A stretch of 64,000 nucleotides of DNA from an uncultured Aquificales bacterium (GCA_964453345.1 CAYVOC010000003.1:1-64000), one strand, 5' to 3'; positions 37,989-49,074 are shown, numbered from the stretch's first letter. Made by a program: numbers and translations. Notes: generated from the letters alone by a model not told the origin.

Positions 37989-40491
37989 TCTGGAGGGGCT
38001 GCCTTCCGGGCTTAGGGACAGGCTTGCAAAAGAGGGTTTTGTTGAGCCTCTAAGCTTCTGTTTTTATGTGAGCAATTACCTGTCCAATCAGCTTCTCAGG
38101 CATCCGGAGTGGATAGAGGAGTTTTTTCTGAATAGGGGTTACCTGAGGAGTTTGACAAGGCAGGAGTATATGGAGCTTTTTGCCAATCTTTCGCCGCAGC
38201 AGATCAGGTCTGTTTTCAGAAAAGAGCATGTGAGGCTTGGGATAAGGGATCTTTTGCGGGCCGCCGATACGCCGAGGGTGCTGAGGGAGCTGAGTCATCT
38301 TGCGGATGGGGTTATAGGCAGGGCTCTGGATATAGCCCTTGAGGATGTCTCTTTAAATAGTGTTCCGCCGGAGATGCCTGTTTGCTGCGTGGTTGCTCTG
38401 GGAAAACTTGGGGGGGAGGAGCTCAATTATTACTCCGATGTGGATGTTATGTATGTTTACCGCAAGTTCAGGGGAAGGTGTTCTGACGGGAGGGGGGATC
38501 TGGAGTTCTTCACGAGGGTTTTTTCAAAGCTCGGCAGGATCCTTTCGGAGTATGGGGAGGATGGGCCTATATACCATGTGGATCTCAGGCTCAGGCCCCA
38601 GGGAAGGAGAGGACTTTTGTGCATGCCGGTTGAGGCCTATGAGGCCTATTACGAGTCCTTCGGGAGGACCTGGGAACGGGCCATGCTCATAAGGTCGAGG
38701 CTGTGCGCTGGAGATTCTTCCCTTTTTGATGATTTTTTTAAGAGGATCACGCCCTTTGTTTACAGAAAGCATCTGGATTTTTCTGCGCTTGAAGAAATCC
38801 GGCAGCTCAAGGAGATGATTGACAGGGAGGCTGAGGGGAAGGATTCGGATATAAAGGTGGGCAGGGGGGGAATCAGAGAGATAGAGTTTATTGTCCAGGC
38901 CTTTCAGCTTGTCTTTGGGGGAAGGAACGACTGGTTGAGGGTGGGGAATCTCTTTTTGGCCTTGGACAGGCTGAAGGCTTCAGGCCTTATAGGCTATGAG
39001 GAGCACAGTATTCTGAGCCAGGCCTACGCCTTTTATAGAAAGCTTGAGAATAGGCTCCAGATGATGAACTGCACCCGGACTCATGCTCTGCCTGCTAAGG
39101 GAATTGATAGGGTGGCGACCTCCATGGGCTATCAGTCTGAGGAAGCCTTTCTTGAGGATCTGGAGTTTTATCGGAGCAATGTGAGAAAGATTTTTGAGGA
39201 GGTTATGGAGACGCCCGAAGGGGATAGACGTCACGTTGTCTATCAGTGGAGGGCGCCGGGCATTAGCAGGGTCATTGATTTTATAACCCGGGAGCACAGG
39301 GAGAAGGCTGAGGAGGTTTTATACCGGGTTATGGAGGAGGCGCAGGATGTGGCAAGTCCCTCAATGGTGATCAAGAATCTGGCCGATCTGATCGGCATCA
39401 TGAAATATTCAAAGCTTGCCTTTTTTGATCTTTTTCTGGAAAGCCCGGGATTCAGAAGAGCGTTGATAAGGCTTTTTGGGAACAGCCAGTATCTTTCAAG
39501 GTTGCTTCTCGGTCATCCGGAGCTGATGGACACCCTTTTTGAGCCGAAGGGGATGGAGGAGTTCCCCAAAGAGGATCTGGAGAGATGGGTTCTTGGAAGG
39601 ATTTTGTATGTTGGCGTGGCCGAGGTGACCGGAAGGTTTAATATTTTCAGGGTGTTTAGCGAGCATTCAAAGACGGCGGAGGTCTTTATAAGGGAATACT
39701 GTAGAAGGTCCTCCGGCAATAGGCCCTCTGTGGTTGTGCTGGCCCTTGGAAAGCTTGGCAGCAGGGAACTCACCTATCACTCCGATCTTGATCTGGTTTT
39801 TGTGGGAGAGGTGAGCGACGATGAGCTGTATCGGGACTTTTACACTGGGCTTTTGAATAACGGGGTGTATGAGGTTGATGTCAGGCTGAGACCCTTCGGA
39901 AGCAGGGGCGTTATGGTTAATACACCGGATAGTCTCGGTGATTATTTCAGCAGACACGGCAGAACCTGGGAGCGGCTGGCCTACAGCAGGGCCAGGGTGG
40001 TATATGCAGAGGGGGAGGCCCTTGCTGGAAAAACCCTTGAGATTGTCAGGGATTTTGTCTTTTCTGGGGATCTGTCGGCGGATGAGGTCTGGGACATGAG
40101 GATGAGGCTTGAGAGGGATCTTGGAAGGTCTCCCTATGATGTGAAGTATTCTTCAGGCGGCTTGGTGGATCTTGAGTTTGCGGCTCAGTTTTTGGCCATA
40201 ACTGAGGGCATAGATGTGAGGCACCCCTTGGGGATTTTTGCAAGGGCCTGTAAAATGAAAAGGGTTGCTGACTGGGATGGCGTCAGGGAGAGCTATCTGT
40301 TTTTGAGGAGGCTTGAGAATCTTTTGAGGTTGGTGTTTTATCCCCCTCTTAAGGAGCTGCCGAGGAAGGGGGACAGGCTCTCCATGCTTGCAAGGGCCAT
40401 GGGGATGGGGGAGCATGAGCTTGTGGATAAATACATGGAGGTGAAGGAATACAACAGGGGCCTTCTAAAGAGGGTTCTGGATATGCGATAG
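37975..40491 (+). CDS. glnE: Glutamine synthetase adenylyltransferase/adenylyl-removing enzyme
   Basis: Two nucleotidyltransferase domains: LGKLGGEELNYYSDVD...VDLRLRP.G...GRTWER and LGKLGSRELTYHSDLD...VDVRLRP.G...WER; IK.GRGGIREIEF. Confidence 0.92.
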   Translation: MRGFDLEGLPSGLRDRLAKEGFVEPLSFCFYVSNYLSNQLLRHPEWIEEFFLNRGYLRSLTRQEYMELFANLSPQQIRSVFRKEHVRLGIRDLLRAADTPRVLRELSHLADGVIGRALDIALEDVSLNSVPPEMPVCCVVALGKLGGEELNYYSDVDVMYVYRKFRGRCSDGRGDLEFFTRVFSKLGRILSEYGEDGPIYHVDLRLRPQGRRGLLCMPVEAYEAYYESFGRTWERAMLIRSRLCAGDSSLFDDFFKRITPFVYRKHLDFSALEEIRQLKEMIDREAEGKDSDIKVGRGGIREIEFIVQAFQLVFGGRNDWLRVGNLFLALDRLKASGLIGYEEHSILSQAYAFYRKLENRLQMMNCTRTHALPAKGIDRVATSMGYQSEEAFLEDLEFYRSNVRKIFEEVMETPEGDRRHVVYQWRAPGISRVIDFITREHREKAEEVLYRVMEEAQDVASPSMVIKNLADLIGIMKYSKLAFFDLFLESPGFRRALIRLFGNSQYLSRLLLGHPELMDTLFEPKGMEEFPKEDLERWVLGRILYVGVAEVTGRFNIFRVFSEHSKTAEVFIREYCRRSSGNRPSVVVLALGKLGSRELTYHSDLDLVFVGEVSDDELYRDFYTGLLNNGVYEVDVRLRPFGSRGVMVNTPDSLGDYFSRHGRTWERLAYSRARVVYAEGEALAGKTLEIVRDFVFSGDLSADEVWDMRMRLERDLGRSPYDVKYSSGGLVDLEFAAQFLAITEGIDVRHPLGIFARACKMKRVADWDGVRESYLFLRRLENLLRLVFYPPLKELPRKGDRLSMLARAMGMGEHELVDKYMEVKEYNRGLLKRVLDMR

Positions 40492-40529
40492 TTCTGAATT
40501 ACAAAAGCCTTACGGGTCCTGCTGCTCCC

Positions 40530-41312
40530 ATGCTTCTGCTGGCGGAGAGGCTGGGAGCGGTCGTCTTTGCCCTACCGGGCGGTTCTGTTGAAAGGCGGGC
40601 TTCAGAGCTTGGCCTGGCCTTTAGGCCTTTGAATTTTGCCGGGCTTCTCTCCTTCAGGGGCACCTTTATAACCGTCAGAAGCAGGGATACTCTAATGGCC
40701 CTTCTTGCATCTCTTGTTGGGGGATCGGGGGTCGTCAGGCTTGATTTTGTGGGAAGGGACTGCTTCTGGGACAGATTCTTAAAGAAAGTGCCCCTTGAGA
40801 GGCTTGGGTGGGTGCGGGTTGAGAAGGGACTTCCCAAGAAGAGGAGGGGATGGGTGACGGTTGCTGTGGTTTCGAGGCTGAAGCCCGGAAGGGGACTTGA
40901 GGGCCTCTTTGATGGGCTTTCCCTTTGCAGGTTGAAATTTAGGCTTTACGTTATTGGCGGGGGCGATTTCGGCATACTCGGTGGGCCAAGGGGGCTGGAT
41001 GTTGTATGGATAAAGAAGAAGGTTTCCGATTTCAGGAGGCTTTTGGGAAGCATGGATCTTCTTCTTTACACTTCAGCCGGAACGGATAAGAGCTGCAGAG
41101 CCGTTCTTGAGGCCATGGAGGCGGGGGTGGCGGTCGCTACTATGGAGCCCCTATCCTACAGGTATGTGGATGACAGGGTGGGTTTGAGGGTGAGGGAGGC
41201 TTCCGCTGTTGATAGGCTTCTCTCTGTTCCCAAGGAGCTTAAGAAAAGGCAGCTCAACTCCAGAAGGAGGGCTTTCTCCTACGATTACAGGAAGGTGGAG
41301 GTTCCGTTTTGA
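40530..41312 (+). CDS. Divergent GT-B (GT4-like) glycosyltransferase
   Basis: VVSRLKPGRG, DLLLY..AGTDKSCRAVLEAM..GV (GT4 C-terminal motif). The 5' end is unclear. Confidence 0.65.
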   Translation: MLLLAERLGAVVFALPGGSVERRASELGLAFRPLNFAGLLSFRGTFITVRSRDTLMALLASLVGGSGVVRLDFVGRDCFWDRFLKKVPLERLGWVRVEKGLPKKRRGWVTVAVVSRLKPGRGLEGLFDGLSLCRLKFRLYVIGGGDFGILGGPRGLDVVWIKKKVSDFRRLLGSMDLLLYTSAGTDKSCRAVLEAMEAGVAVATMEPLSYRYVDDRVGLRVREASAVDRLLSVPKELKKRQLNSRRRAFSYDYRKVEVPF

Positions 41313-42343
41313 GGATTGTTCAGGCCATATCAAGGTCCGGCTGTTCCTCGGGGGGGAGCATCCAGGCCCTTCTTCTTGCCAAGGCCCTGAAGGATCTGGG
41401 ACACAGGGTGCTCTTTGTTTCGAGGGGCGGTGATTGTGAAAGGCGGGCTGTGGAACTCGGGGTTGAGCATGCGTCCAACCCCATGGGTAATAATCCGGCG
41501 GATCTTGCAAGGTTCGCCCTTTTGTGCAGGAAAGCCGATGTTATCCACGCCCACAAGGGAAGGGCCCTCTTCTACGCCCTGTTTGCCAAGCTGGTGGCGG
41601 GCGGAATCAGAGTCTTTGCCAACAGGGGAGTGAGCTTTCCCTTGGAGTGGGGAAACAGGTGGAAGTATAGGCTTTCAGATGGGGTGGTGTGTGTTTCCTT
41701 CGGGATAGTGAGGGATCTTGCAAGGGAAGGGCTTGATCCCCGAAGGCTGAGGGTGGTTTACGGGAGCGTGGATGGCAGGTTCTTTGGCGCTGCTCCCTGC
41801 AGGATACCCGGGCTTGAGGATGGGGATTTTGCGGTTCTTCTTGTGGGCAACTTCAGACCCTGGAAGGGGCATTTGATACTTGCAGAGGCTGCCTCCCGTC
41901 TGCTTGATAGGGCCAAGAATCTCACCCTTGTGTTTGCCGGTAAAGAGAAGAAGAGCCTTCTGGAGCAGGTGAGGAATAGATTTGAGGGTAAGCTTATAAG
42001 CCTCGGATACAGAAGGGATGTGGAGAGGGTAATGGCGGCGTCCCAGATACTGGTCAACGCTTCAACGGAAGGTGAGGGGGTTCCCGGAGTGTTGAGGGAG
42101 GCCATGGCTGTTGGGGTGTGTGTTGTTGCCTCATCCCTTGAGGGAAACAGGGAGATGATTGAGCACAAAAAGAACGGGTATCTTTTTGGGGTGGGAAGGG
42201 CTGAAGAGCTTTCCGCTCTGCTTGAGAAGCTCTTCCATAACCCCAAGCTCAGGATGCGGGCCGCTGTGAACGGTAAGAGATACGCCACAAGATTCACCTT
42301 GGAGAACAGGGCCAGGGCCATGCTGAGGGTTTACGGTGGTTGA
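41309..42343 (+). CDS. GT4-family glycosyltransferase
   Basis: SGG..Q...LA..L...GH.V, DVIHAH, VGNF.PWKGH, LGYR.DV, EGVPG.LREAMA.G; TTG start. Confidence 0.9.
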   Translation: MRIVQAISRSGCSSGGSIQALLLAKALKDLGHRVLFVSRGGDCERRAVELGVEHASNPMGNNPADLARFALLCRKADVIHAHKGRALFYALFAKLVAGGIRVFANRGVSFPLEWGNRWKYRLSDGVVCVSFGIVRDLAREGLDPRRLRVVYGSVDGRFFGAAPCRIPGLEDGDFAVLLVGNFRPWKGHLILAEAASRLLDRAKNLTLVFAGKEKKSLLEQVRNRFEGKLISLGYRRDVERVMAASQILVNASTEGEGVPGVLREAMAVGVCVVASSLEGNREMIEHKKNGYLFGVGRAEELSALLEKLFHNPKLRMRAAVNGKRYATRFTLENRARAMLRVYGG

Positions 42344-43169
42344 TAGATGGCGTCTGCTGGATGCTGCTCACAGAGCGCTGGAGCTGGCCGGTGCGGACGG
42401 GAAGAATCTGGAGCCGGCCTCTTCCGGTAAGAAGGGGCTGGTTTTTCTGGCGGATTCTGTGGTGGTTCGCCTGTATACGAATCCCCTCTATTATCTGCGC
42501 AGAAGGCTGGTTGATGCAAGGCTTCTAAGGCTGGGGATCCCTCTTTCTCCGGAGGTTGTTGCAACAGGCTGCTTCTTCTTTAAGAGGCCCCTGTGGTTTG
42601 TGGTTGAGGAGAGGTTGCAGCAGCCGGGTGCCCTTTCGCCTGATCAGAAGCTGGACTTTGTGAAAAGGCTGGGGCTTCTCCATGCGGAAACTTCTGTCAA
42701 GGTGGGAGCAGGATTCATCTGGAGAAAGTGGGCAAAGAAAACGGATGCAAACGCAAAGTTTTTGTTGAATAACACAACCTTGGAGTTTTCAAAGACTCTG
42801 GCCGGGATGTGGACGGATCTGAGGGCGAGGGGGGTTACTCCCTCATCTGTTTCTCTGTGCCACAGGGATGTGGGGCTGTCCAACATGGGGCTCAAGGGGG
42901 AAAGGCTTCTGCTCATTGATTGGGACAGGGCGTCTCTTTTCTTCCCCCTTTATGAGCTGATTCAGGCGTGCTACTTTCTTGATCTGGATCCCGTTGATGC
43001 CCTTTGTGCCTGCGGGATTCCCGTATGTAGGGATGAGCTTGCGCTTATGCTGGTCTCCTTTTGCATTTCAAGGGCGAAGAAGGAGTATAAGAGGGGATCT
43101 GTTTCCGAGAGACTCGGGAGGTTTGTGAAATGGGCAGAGAGGATCTTTTCAGAAGGTTACCAAAGGTAG
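42336..43169 (+). CDS. Protein-kinase-like phosphotransferase (APH/choline/LPS kinase fold)
   Basis: LGLLH, LCHRDVGLSN (HxDxxxxN), LIDWD. Confidence 0.8.
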   Translation: MVDRWRLLDAAHRALELAGADGKNLEPASSGKKGLVFLADSVVVRLYTNPLYYLRRRLVDARLLRLGIPLSPEVVATGCFFFKRPLWFVVEERLQQPGALSPDQKLDFVKRLGLLHAETSVKVGAGFIWRKWAKKTDANAKFLLNNTTLEFSKTLAGMWTDLRARGVTPSSVSLCHRDVGLSNMGLKGERLLLIDWDRASLFFPLYELIQACYFLDLDPVDALCACGIPVCRDELALMLVSFCISRAKKEYKRGSVSERLGRFVKWAERIFSEGYQR

Positions 43170-44515
43170 ATGCCTTTCTCAAAAGGCCGGAGGTTGAGAG
43201 GCTCTGCTCCTCCTATCCCAGGTGGGTGGTTGTGGAGTCCATCAGGCGGATGCTGGAGGAGAAGAGAAGACAGATAAGGGAAGGGCTTGAGCCTTCGGTC
43301 GATCTGGAGGATCTGGTTGCGGAGCTTGAGAGGAGGGTCCCCTACGAGGCGCTTCCCTCCCTAAGAAGGGTCATCAACGCCACAGGAGTCGTTTTGCACA
43401 CCAACCTGGGCAGGGCTCCTCTGGCCCATGAGGCCGTTGAGTCTATAAGGAACGTCTCCGTCTGGTATTCAACCCTTGAGTATGATCTGGAAACTGGAAG
43501 GAGGGGATTGAGGTATCTTCATGTGGTTGATGTGATAAAGCGGATAACCGGTGCTCCGTCTGCTCTGGTTGTCAACAACAACGCTGCGGCCGTCTTTCTG
43601 GTTTTGAATACCCTCGCTTGTGGGAAGGAGGTGATTGTATCCAGAGGTGAGCTGATAGAGATAGGCGGCTCCTTCAGGATTCCCGATGTGATGAGATCGG
43701 CCGGTGCTGTGTTGAGGGAGGTGGGGACCACCAACAAGACCAAGCTTGAGGATTACAGGAGGGCCATAGGGGAGAACACGGCCCTTATACTGAAGGTTCA
43801 TACCAGCAATTACCGGATAGTGGGGTTTACGGAGAGCGTCCCTCTCAGGGATCTGGTGGGACTCGGCAGGGAATACGGAATACCGGTCTATGAGGATCTG
43901 GGAAGCGGCCTTTTTGTTGATGTAAGAAGGTTTGGTCTTCCCTATGAACCCACGGTCCAGGAGTCCATAAGGGCGGGGGCTGATCTGGTTTCCTTCAGCG
44001 GGGATAAGCTTCTCGGTTCCACACAGGCGGGGATAATTCTGGGCAGGGAGGATCTGATAGAGAGGATACGCAGGAACCCCATAAACAGGGCCTTGAGGAT
44101 AGATAAGCTCACCCTTGCAGGGCTTGAGGCTACCTTTAGGATCTACCTCGAGGGTGAGGATGCCGCTGTAGATAAGATCCCGGTTTTGAGGATGCTTGCC
44201 CAGTCTGTTGATGAGATAAGGGGAAGGGCCGAGAGGGTTCTGGAGGCCTTGCGGGAAATTGATGGATACGCCTTTGAGCTTGTTGAGGATGTGGCGACAG
44301 TCGGGGGTGGTGCCCTTCCCACTGCTCAATTGCCCACCTTTTGCGTTGCCATTTCAGGAGGATCTCCGGAGGAGCTGGAGGAAAGACTCAGGAGGCGTCC
44401 CATGGTTCCCGTGATAGGCAGGATAAAGAACGATAGGCTTCTGCTTGATATGAGGACGGTGAGGGATGAGGAGGTTGATCTGCTTGTGAAAAGTGTTAGG
44501 GAGGCGCTTTCATGA
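43130..44515 (+). CDS. selA: L-seryl-tRNA(Sec) selenium transferase
   Basis: [69 protein letters not shown]. Confidence 0.97.
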   Translation: MGREDLFRRLPKVDAFLKRPEVERLCSSYPRWVVVESIRRMLEEKRRQIREGLEPSVDLEDLVAELERRVPYEALPSLRRVINATGVVLHTNLGRAPLAHEAVESIRNVSVWYSTLEYDLETGRRGLRYLHVVDVIKRITGAPSALVVNNNAAAVFLVLNTLACGKEVIVSRGELIEIGGSFRIPDVMRSAGAVLREVGTTNKTKLEDYRRAIGENTALILKVHTSNYRIVGFTESVPLRDLVGLGREYGIPVYEDLGSGLFVDVRRFGLPYEPTVQESIRAGADLVSFSGDKLLGSTQAGIILGREDLIERIRRNPINRALRIDKLTLAGLEATFRIYLEGEDAAVDKIPVLRMLAQSVDEIRGRAERVLEALREIDGYAFELVEDVATVGGGALPTAQLPTFCVAISGGSPEELEERLRRRPMVPVIGRIKNDRLLLDMRTVRDEEVDLLVKSVREALS

Positions 44516-46359
44516 AGTATGTTATAGTGGGAACGGCGGGGCACATAGACCACGGCAAGACCTCTCTGGTCAAGGCCATAACGGGGATTGACACGGACAG
44601 GCTGCCCGAGGAGAAGCGCAGGGGGATCACCATAGATCTCGGATTTGCCCATCATAGGCTTGCCGATGATCTGGCTGTGAGCTTTGTCGATGTGCCGGGG
44701 CATGAGAAGCTGGTGAAGACCATGATAGCGGGTGCCTGCGGCATAGATATGGTGCTTCTTGTTGTGGCGGCGGATGAGGGCATCATGCCCCAGACCGTTG
44801 AGCATCTCCATATATGCGAAATACTGGGGATAAACAGGGGAGTGGTGGCCCTCAATAAGGCGGACAAGGTGGATCCTGATACCTTAGAGATCGTCCTCGA
44901 TGAGGTGAAGGAGTTTCTCAAAAGAACCCCCTTCAGGGATGCCCCTGTGATACCCGTCTCTGCCAGGACCGGCGAGGGGGTGGATGAGCTTGTGAAGGCG
45001 CTGGTTGATGTTGCAAGAAGGGTTGAGAGAAAGCCAAAATCAAAGATTCTGAGGATGCCCATAGACAGGGTCTTTAAGGTGAAGGGCTTTGGAACGGTGG
45101 TTACCGGAACCATATTCTCAGGATCGGTGAGGGTGCAGGATACGGTCCAGATACAGCCCGGTGGCTCCCTATACAGGGTCAGAAACATTCAGGTCAGGGG
45201 CGAAAACGTTGAGGAGTCGAGGTGGGGAACCAGAACGGCCCTTAACCTTCAGGGGCTTGAGGCGGACAGGGTATCCCGGGGGGATGTGGTTGTGCAGCCG
45301 GGTTTCTTCCCTCCCACCAGGATTCTTGATGCGAAGATATTCCTGCTCGAGGATGCTAAACCTCTCAGAGATATGGCTCCTGTCAGGGTGCATGTGGCCA
45401 CGGCCGAGGTGGTGGGCAGGATCAAGCTCCTTGACAGGGAGGTTTTGAAGCCCGGGGAGGGGACCTACTGCAGGATACACCTCGAGGAAGAGGTTGTGGC
45501 TGCCAACACCGATCCTGTTGTTTTGAGAAGTTATTCACCCGTCCTCACCATAGGGGGCGGGGTTATACTGGACGCCCTTCCGGACACTAAGCGCATAAAG
45601 AGGTCCGAGCTTGCCCGCAGGCTAAGGTTGCTGGACGGGGCGGATGATGTTCAAAGACTCCTTCTCTTCCTCGGGTGGTCCGAAGGGGGAGTTGAGCCTG
45701 AAAGGCTTAAGCACAAGCTTATGGATCCTGCTGCCTTTGAAGAGATCCTTTCCGGGCTTGAAGCCAAGGGGGAGGTGATCAGGCTTGGCGATAGGGTGGT
45801 GGATAGAAGGGGCCTTGATGGGCTGCTTCAGAAGTTGAAGAAGCTCGTTGAGGAGGCTGCATCCGAAAGGGGATACGATCTGCTCTCCTACGCTGAGCTT
45901 TCCCACAAACTCAGACTTTCAGAGGCTGCGGTCAGGGACCTTGTCAAGCTTTCAGGGCTAAAATACGGCTCAAAGGGTGTGCAGCTTTCCGATGGACTTG
46001 AGGATGAGGCTGTGAAAAGGGTTGAAAGGATTTATAGAATGTCCGGTTTTACGCCTCCTACTATAGATGAAGCCTTTGCAAAAGCGGGGGTTCCGCAGGG
46101 GGAGAGAAGAAAAATTTTGCGATACCTGCTTGACAAGGGGATATTAGTTAGGGTGAACTTAGAACTTGCACTGCATTCAAAATATGCAAGGGAGATGATA
46201 AAGAAAGTTGAGGAGTTTTTTGAAGGGAAGGGGGAATTGACAGTTTCCGAATTTAAAAATATGTTTGGCATAACCAGAAAGTATGCAATCCCCTACCTTG
46301 AATTCCTTGACAGGGTAGGGGTTACAAAGAGGAGGGGAAACGTTAGAGTGAAGAGGTGA
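44512..46359 (+). CDS. selB: Selenocysteine-specific elongation factor
   Basis: [37 protein letters not shown]-terminal SECIS-binding winged helix [14 protein letters not shown]....R.G..R. Confidence 0.97.
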   Translation: MKYVIVGTAGHIDHGKTSLVKAITGIDTDRLPEEKRRGITIDLGFAHHRLADDLAVSFVDVPGHEKLVKTMIAGACGIDMVLLVVAADEGIMPQTVEHLHICEILGINRGVVALNKADKVDPDTLEIVLDEVKEFLKRTPFRDAPVIPVSARTGEGVDELVKALVDVARRVERKPKSKILRMPIDRVFKVKGFGTVVTGTIFSGSVRVQDTVQIQPGGSLYRVRNIQVRGENVEESRWGTRTALNLQGLEADRVSRGDVVVQPGFFPPTRILDAKIFLLEDAKPLRDMAPVRVHVATAEVVGRIKLLDREVLKPGEGTYCRIHLEEEVVAANTDPVVLRSYSPVLTIGGGVILDALPDTKRIKRSELARRLRLLDGADDVQRLLLFLGWSEGGVEPERLKHKLMDPAAFEEILSGLEAKGEVIRLGDRVVDRRGLDGLLQKLKKLVEEAASERGYDLLSYAELSHKLRLSEAAVRDLVKLSGLKYGSKGVQLSDGLEDEAVKRVERIYRMSGFTPPTIDEAFAKAGVPQGERRKILRYLLDKGILVRVNLELALHSKYAREMIKKVEEFFEGKGELTVSEFKNMFGITRKYAIPYLEFLDRVGVTKRRGNVRVKR

Positions 46360-46364
46360 GAAGG

Positions 46365-47264
46365 ATGGAGCTGAGGCACATTGAGGTATTTGTGGCTGTT
46401 GTCAAAGAAAAGAGTTTTACAAAGGCTGCCGAAAGGTTGGGGCTTTCGCAGCCTACTGTAAGTCTGCATCTGCAGAGCCTTGAGCGGGAGCTGGGGGTCA
46501 GGCTCCTTGACAGGGACGGCAGAAAGATCTCCATGACCCCTGCCGGTAAGCTCTTCTACCAGTATGCGGTTGAGATCGTGGATCTCAAGAACAAGGCCAT
46601 ACTGGAGCTAAAAAGGTTTTTGGGAAGCGTTGAGGGCAACTTCACCATAGGTGCGAGCACCGTTCCCGGAGAGTATATCCTTCCGAGGTTGCTGCCCGGC
46701 TTTGTCAACCAGTATCCCAAAACGAGGTTCCGCATTCAGGTGATGGATTCTCGAGAGGTCAACCTGGCCGTGGCTGAGGGCGAGATGGATATGGGTGTTG
46801 TGGGCGCCAGGGCCGATGATGACAGGCTTGATTACACCCGGCTGTGTGAGGATGAGGTTGTGGTCTTTGCTCCCGCCGGGATGGACCTGGAGGGGAGCGT
46901 GGATGTTGAGGGGCTGAGGGAGATTCCCTTGGTTATGAGGGAGAAGGGTTCCGGCACAAGAGAGGCCTTTGAAGAGGCTGTGGCGCAGCTGGGGTTGAGG
47001 CCCGAGGAGCTGAAGGTGGTTGCTGAGGTGGGCAGCACCACAGCGGTTAAGGAGGCGGTGAAGAGCGGGCTTGGCTGCGGGATAGCATCAAAGATGTCCA
47101 TAAGGGATGAGGTTTCATCGGGCCTGTTTAAGGTAATTGATGTAAAGGGGCTGAACATCTCCAGGGAGTTCCTCATTGTAGTCAGAAAGAACAGGACCCT
47201 GGCCCCGGCGGTTGAGCTGTTTATAAACTACCTTACCCAGAAGGCCCCCGAGCTTTGTGGATGA
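46365..47264 (+). CDS. LysR-family transcriptional regulator (selenium-metabolism-associated type)
   Basis: SFTKAAERLGLSQPTVS HTH, IGASTVPGEYILP, REKGSGTR, AVK.AV..GLG; immediately follows selB. Confidence 0.9.
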   Translation: MELRHIEVFVAVVKEKSFTKAAERLGLSQPTVSLHLQSLERELGVRLLDRDGRKISMTPAGKLFYQYAVEIVDLKNKAILELKRFLGSVEGNFTIGASTVPGEYILPRLLPGFVNQYPKTRFRIQVMDSREVNLAVAEGEMDMGVVGARADDDRLDYTRLCEDEVVVFAPAGMDLEGSVDVEGLREIPLVMREKGSGTREAFEEAVAQLGLRPEELKVVAEVGSTTAVKEAVKSGLGCGIASKMSIRDEVSSGLFKVIDVKGLNISREFLIVVRKNRTLAPAVELFINYLTQKAPELCG

Positions 47265-48126
47265 GGTAGGAGACGGCTCCCGTTGCAACCGAGAATATGA
47301 GAAGGACAGAGTGGAATATGAACCCGGTGGTCAGGGCGGTGGATTTTTCTACACCGAGGATCATAAAGGCGCCGGTCCATCCAGCTTCGAAGGTGCCAAA
47401 GCCCCCTATGCTGTGTATGGGAAGGACCGTTGTCAGCTCTGAGAAGCTGAGTCCGAATACCGCCTGGGGGAAGCTTATCTGGTGTCCGACTGTGGCAAGT
47501 ATCTCCTTGGCCAGAATGTAAAAGGATGTGTATTTGATGCCCCATATGAGGGCTGATACGGCGAAGATCTGCGGGAGGGCTGATTTCTGATCCGCCAGCC
47601 CTTCCGCCATATCCTTAAGAAAGCCTTTGATTTTTGTCCCGGCAAGCCTTGAGGCCATGCAGGCTGCGATTGCAAGGATTGCTGCAAAGGCGAGGGCTAA
47701 GCCTGTGGCTGCGGCGATTTCCTTCATCCTTTGGGGTATGACGGCGAGGGTTGCCGCTGAAAAGAAGAGGGCTATGCAGCAGATGTCGGCTATTCTTGCG
47801 GCAAGCAGTATGGATGTGAGCCTGCCCTTGGGGTATTCGCCGAGCAGATACAGAAAGCTCAGTTCCCCCGTTCTTGCAGGGTATATGTTGTTGGCCATTG
47901 TGTGGATGGCAACGATTCTGAAAAGCTTTTTCATGCTTTCCGATGGAAGGGTGATCTTCCACCTCAGGGCCCTGGCCACAAAGCTTAAAAGATAAAGAGC
48001 GTATGCGAGAAGAATCCTGTGGGCCTTAGCCTTTCTTAGAAAATCGCCGATCAGCTCCCACTTAAGATTGAGGAGTATCGCCCCTATCAGGAGTATTGTC
48101 AGAAGCGGTATGAGGGTTCTCTTCAT
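47233..48126 (-). CDS. Lysylphosphatidylglycerol-synthase-like/flippase membrane protein (UPF0104)
   Basis: RALRW, NNIYPARTGE, RIAD, LP..IGGFGTFEA; multiple TMs. Confidence 0.85.
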   Translation of the reverse strand: MKRTLIPLLTILLIGAILLNLKWELIGDFLRKAKAHRILLAYALYLLSFVARALRWKITLPSESMKKLFRIVAIHTMANNIYPARTGELSFLYLLGEYPKGRLTSILLAARIADICCIALFFSAATLAVIPQRMKEIAAATGLALAFAAILAIAACMASRLAGTKIKGFLKDMAEGLADQKSALPQIFAVSALIWGIKYTSFYILAKEILATVGHQISFPQAVFGLSFSELTTVLPIHSIGGFGTFEAGWTGAFMILGVEKSTALTTGFIFHSVLLIFSVATGAVSYLIHKARGPSG

Positions 48127-49063
48127 GTTTAACGATCCTTCTGATGTAGTAGGGTCTTTTGTCCTGGCCCTCGAAGTATATTCTTATCATCAGCTCCCCG
48201 AGGATGCCCAAGGATATGAGCTGTATTCCGGCCATTATGAAGAGGGTGGAGATCGTGAGAAGGGGTCTGTGGCCTATGGGGTTTCCGGTGAAGATCTTGT
48301 AAAGGATCAGGTATGTGAAGGGAAGGAATCCGGCGAGGAAAATTACGCTTCCTATTCCGCCGAATATGCGCATGGGTTTTGCCTTGTATAGGAGGAGAAA
48401 TTTCACCACTATGAGGTCGAGGAGCACCTTGAAGGTTCTGGATAGCCCGTATTTGCTTTTCCCTCTGGTTCTCGGCCTGTGGTTGACAGGGATTTCTGCT
48501 ATGTTGCAGCCCAGCTCCGATGCAAGGGCGGGAATGAACCTGTGCTGTTCTCCGTATAGTTTCAGGTTCTTGAGGATCTCGCTTCTGTAGGCCTTGAGGC
48601 TGCAGCCGTAGTCGTGGAGCTTGACCCCTGTTACGTAGGAGATGAGGGCGTTGGCCACCTTCGATGGGAACACCCTGGTCCAGTAGGGGTCCTTTCTGTC
48701 CTTCCTCCATCCGCTGACGATATCGTATCCCTCCTCCATCTTCTCCAGAAGTTTGGGAATGTCTTTGGGATCGTTCTGAAGATCCCCGTCCATGGTCACA
48801 ATGATCTTCCCCTTAGCCTGGTGGAAGCCTGCGGACATGGCGGCGGTTTGCCCGAAGTTCCTCCTAAGATGCACCACAACCACCTTGGGGTCTTTCGCCG
48901 CTATCCGGTCAAGTATCTCGGCGCTGCCGTCTGTGGAGCCGTCGTTTACGAAGATTATCTCGTAGCTTCTCCCCAGCCCCTCCAAGACCTCCTTCAACTC
49001 CCTGTAGAGTTCTTCGATGTTTTCTCTTTCGTTGTATATGGGAATGACCACCGATATCTCCAT
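48062..49063 (-). CDS. GT2 polyprenyl-phosphate glycosyltransferase (ArnC/GtrB/DPM1-like)
   Basis: SVVIP.YNE, VNDGSTD, RNFGQTAA, MDGDLQNDP, D.GC.LKAYR, HRF.P; two C-terminal TMs. Confidence 0.93.
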   Translation of the reverse strand: MEISVVIPIYNERENIEELYRELKEVLEGLGRSYEIIFVNDGSTDGSAEILDRIAAKDPKVVVVHLRRNFGQTAAMSAGFHQAKGKIIVTMDGDLQNDPKDIPKLLEKMEEGYDIVSGWRKDRKDPYWTRVFPSKVANALISYVTGVKLHDYGCSLKAYRSEILKNLKLYGEQHRFIPALASELGCNIAEIPVNHRPRTRGKSKYGLSRTFKVLLDLIVVKFLLLYKAKPMRIFGGIGSVIFLAGFLPFTYLILYKIFTGNPIGHRPLLTISTLFIMAGIQLISLGILGELMIRIYFEGQDKRPYYIRRIVKHEENPHTASDNTPDRGDTPQS

Positions 49064-49074
49064 GGGTCTACCTC

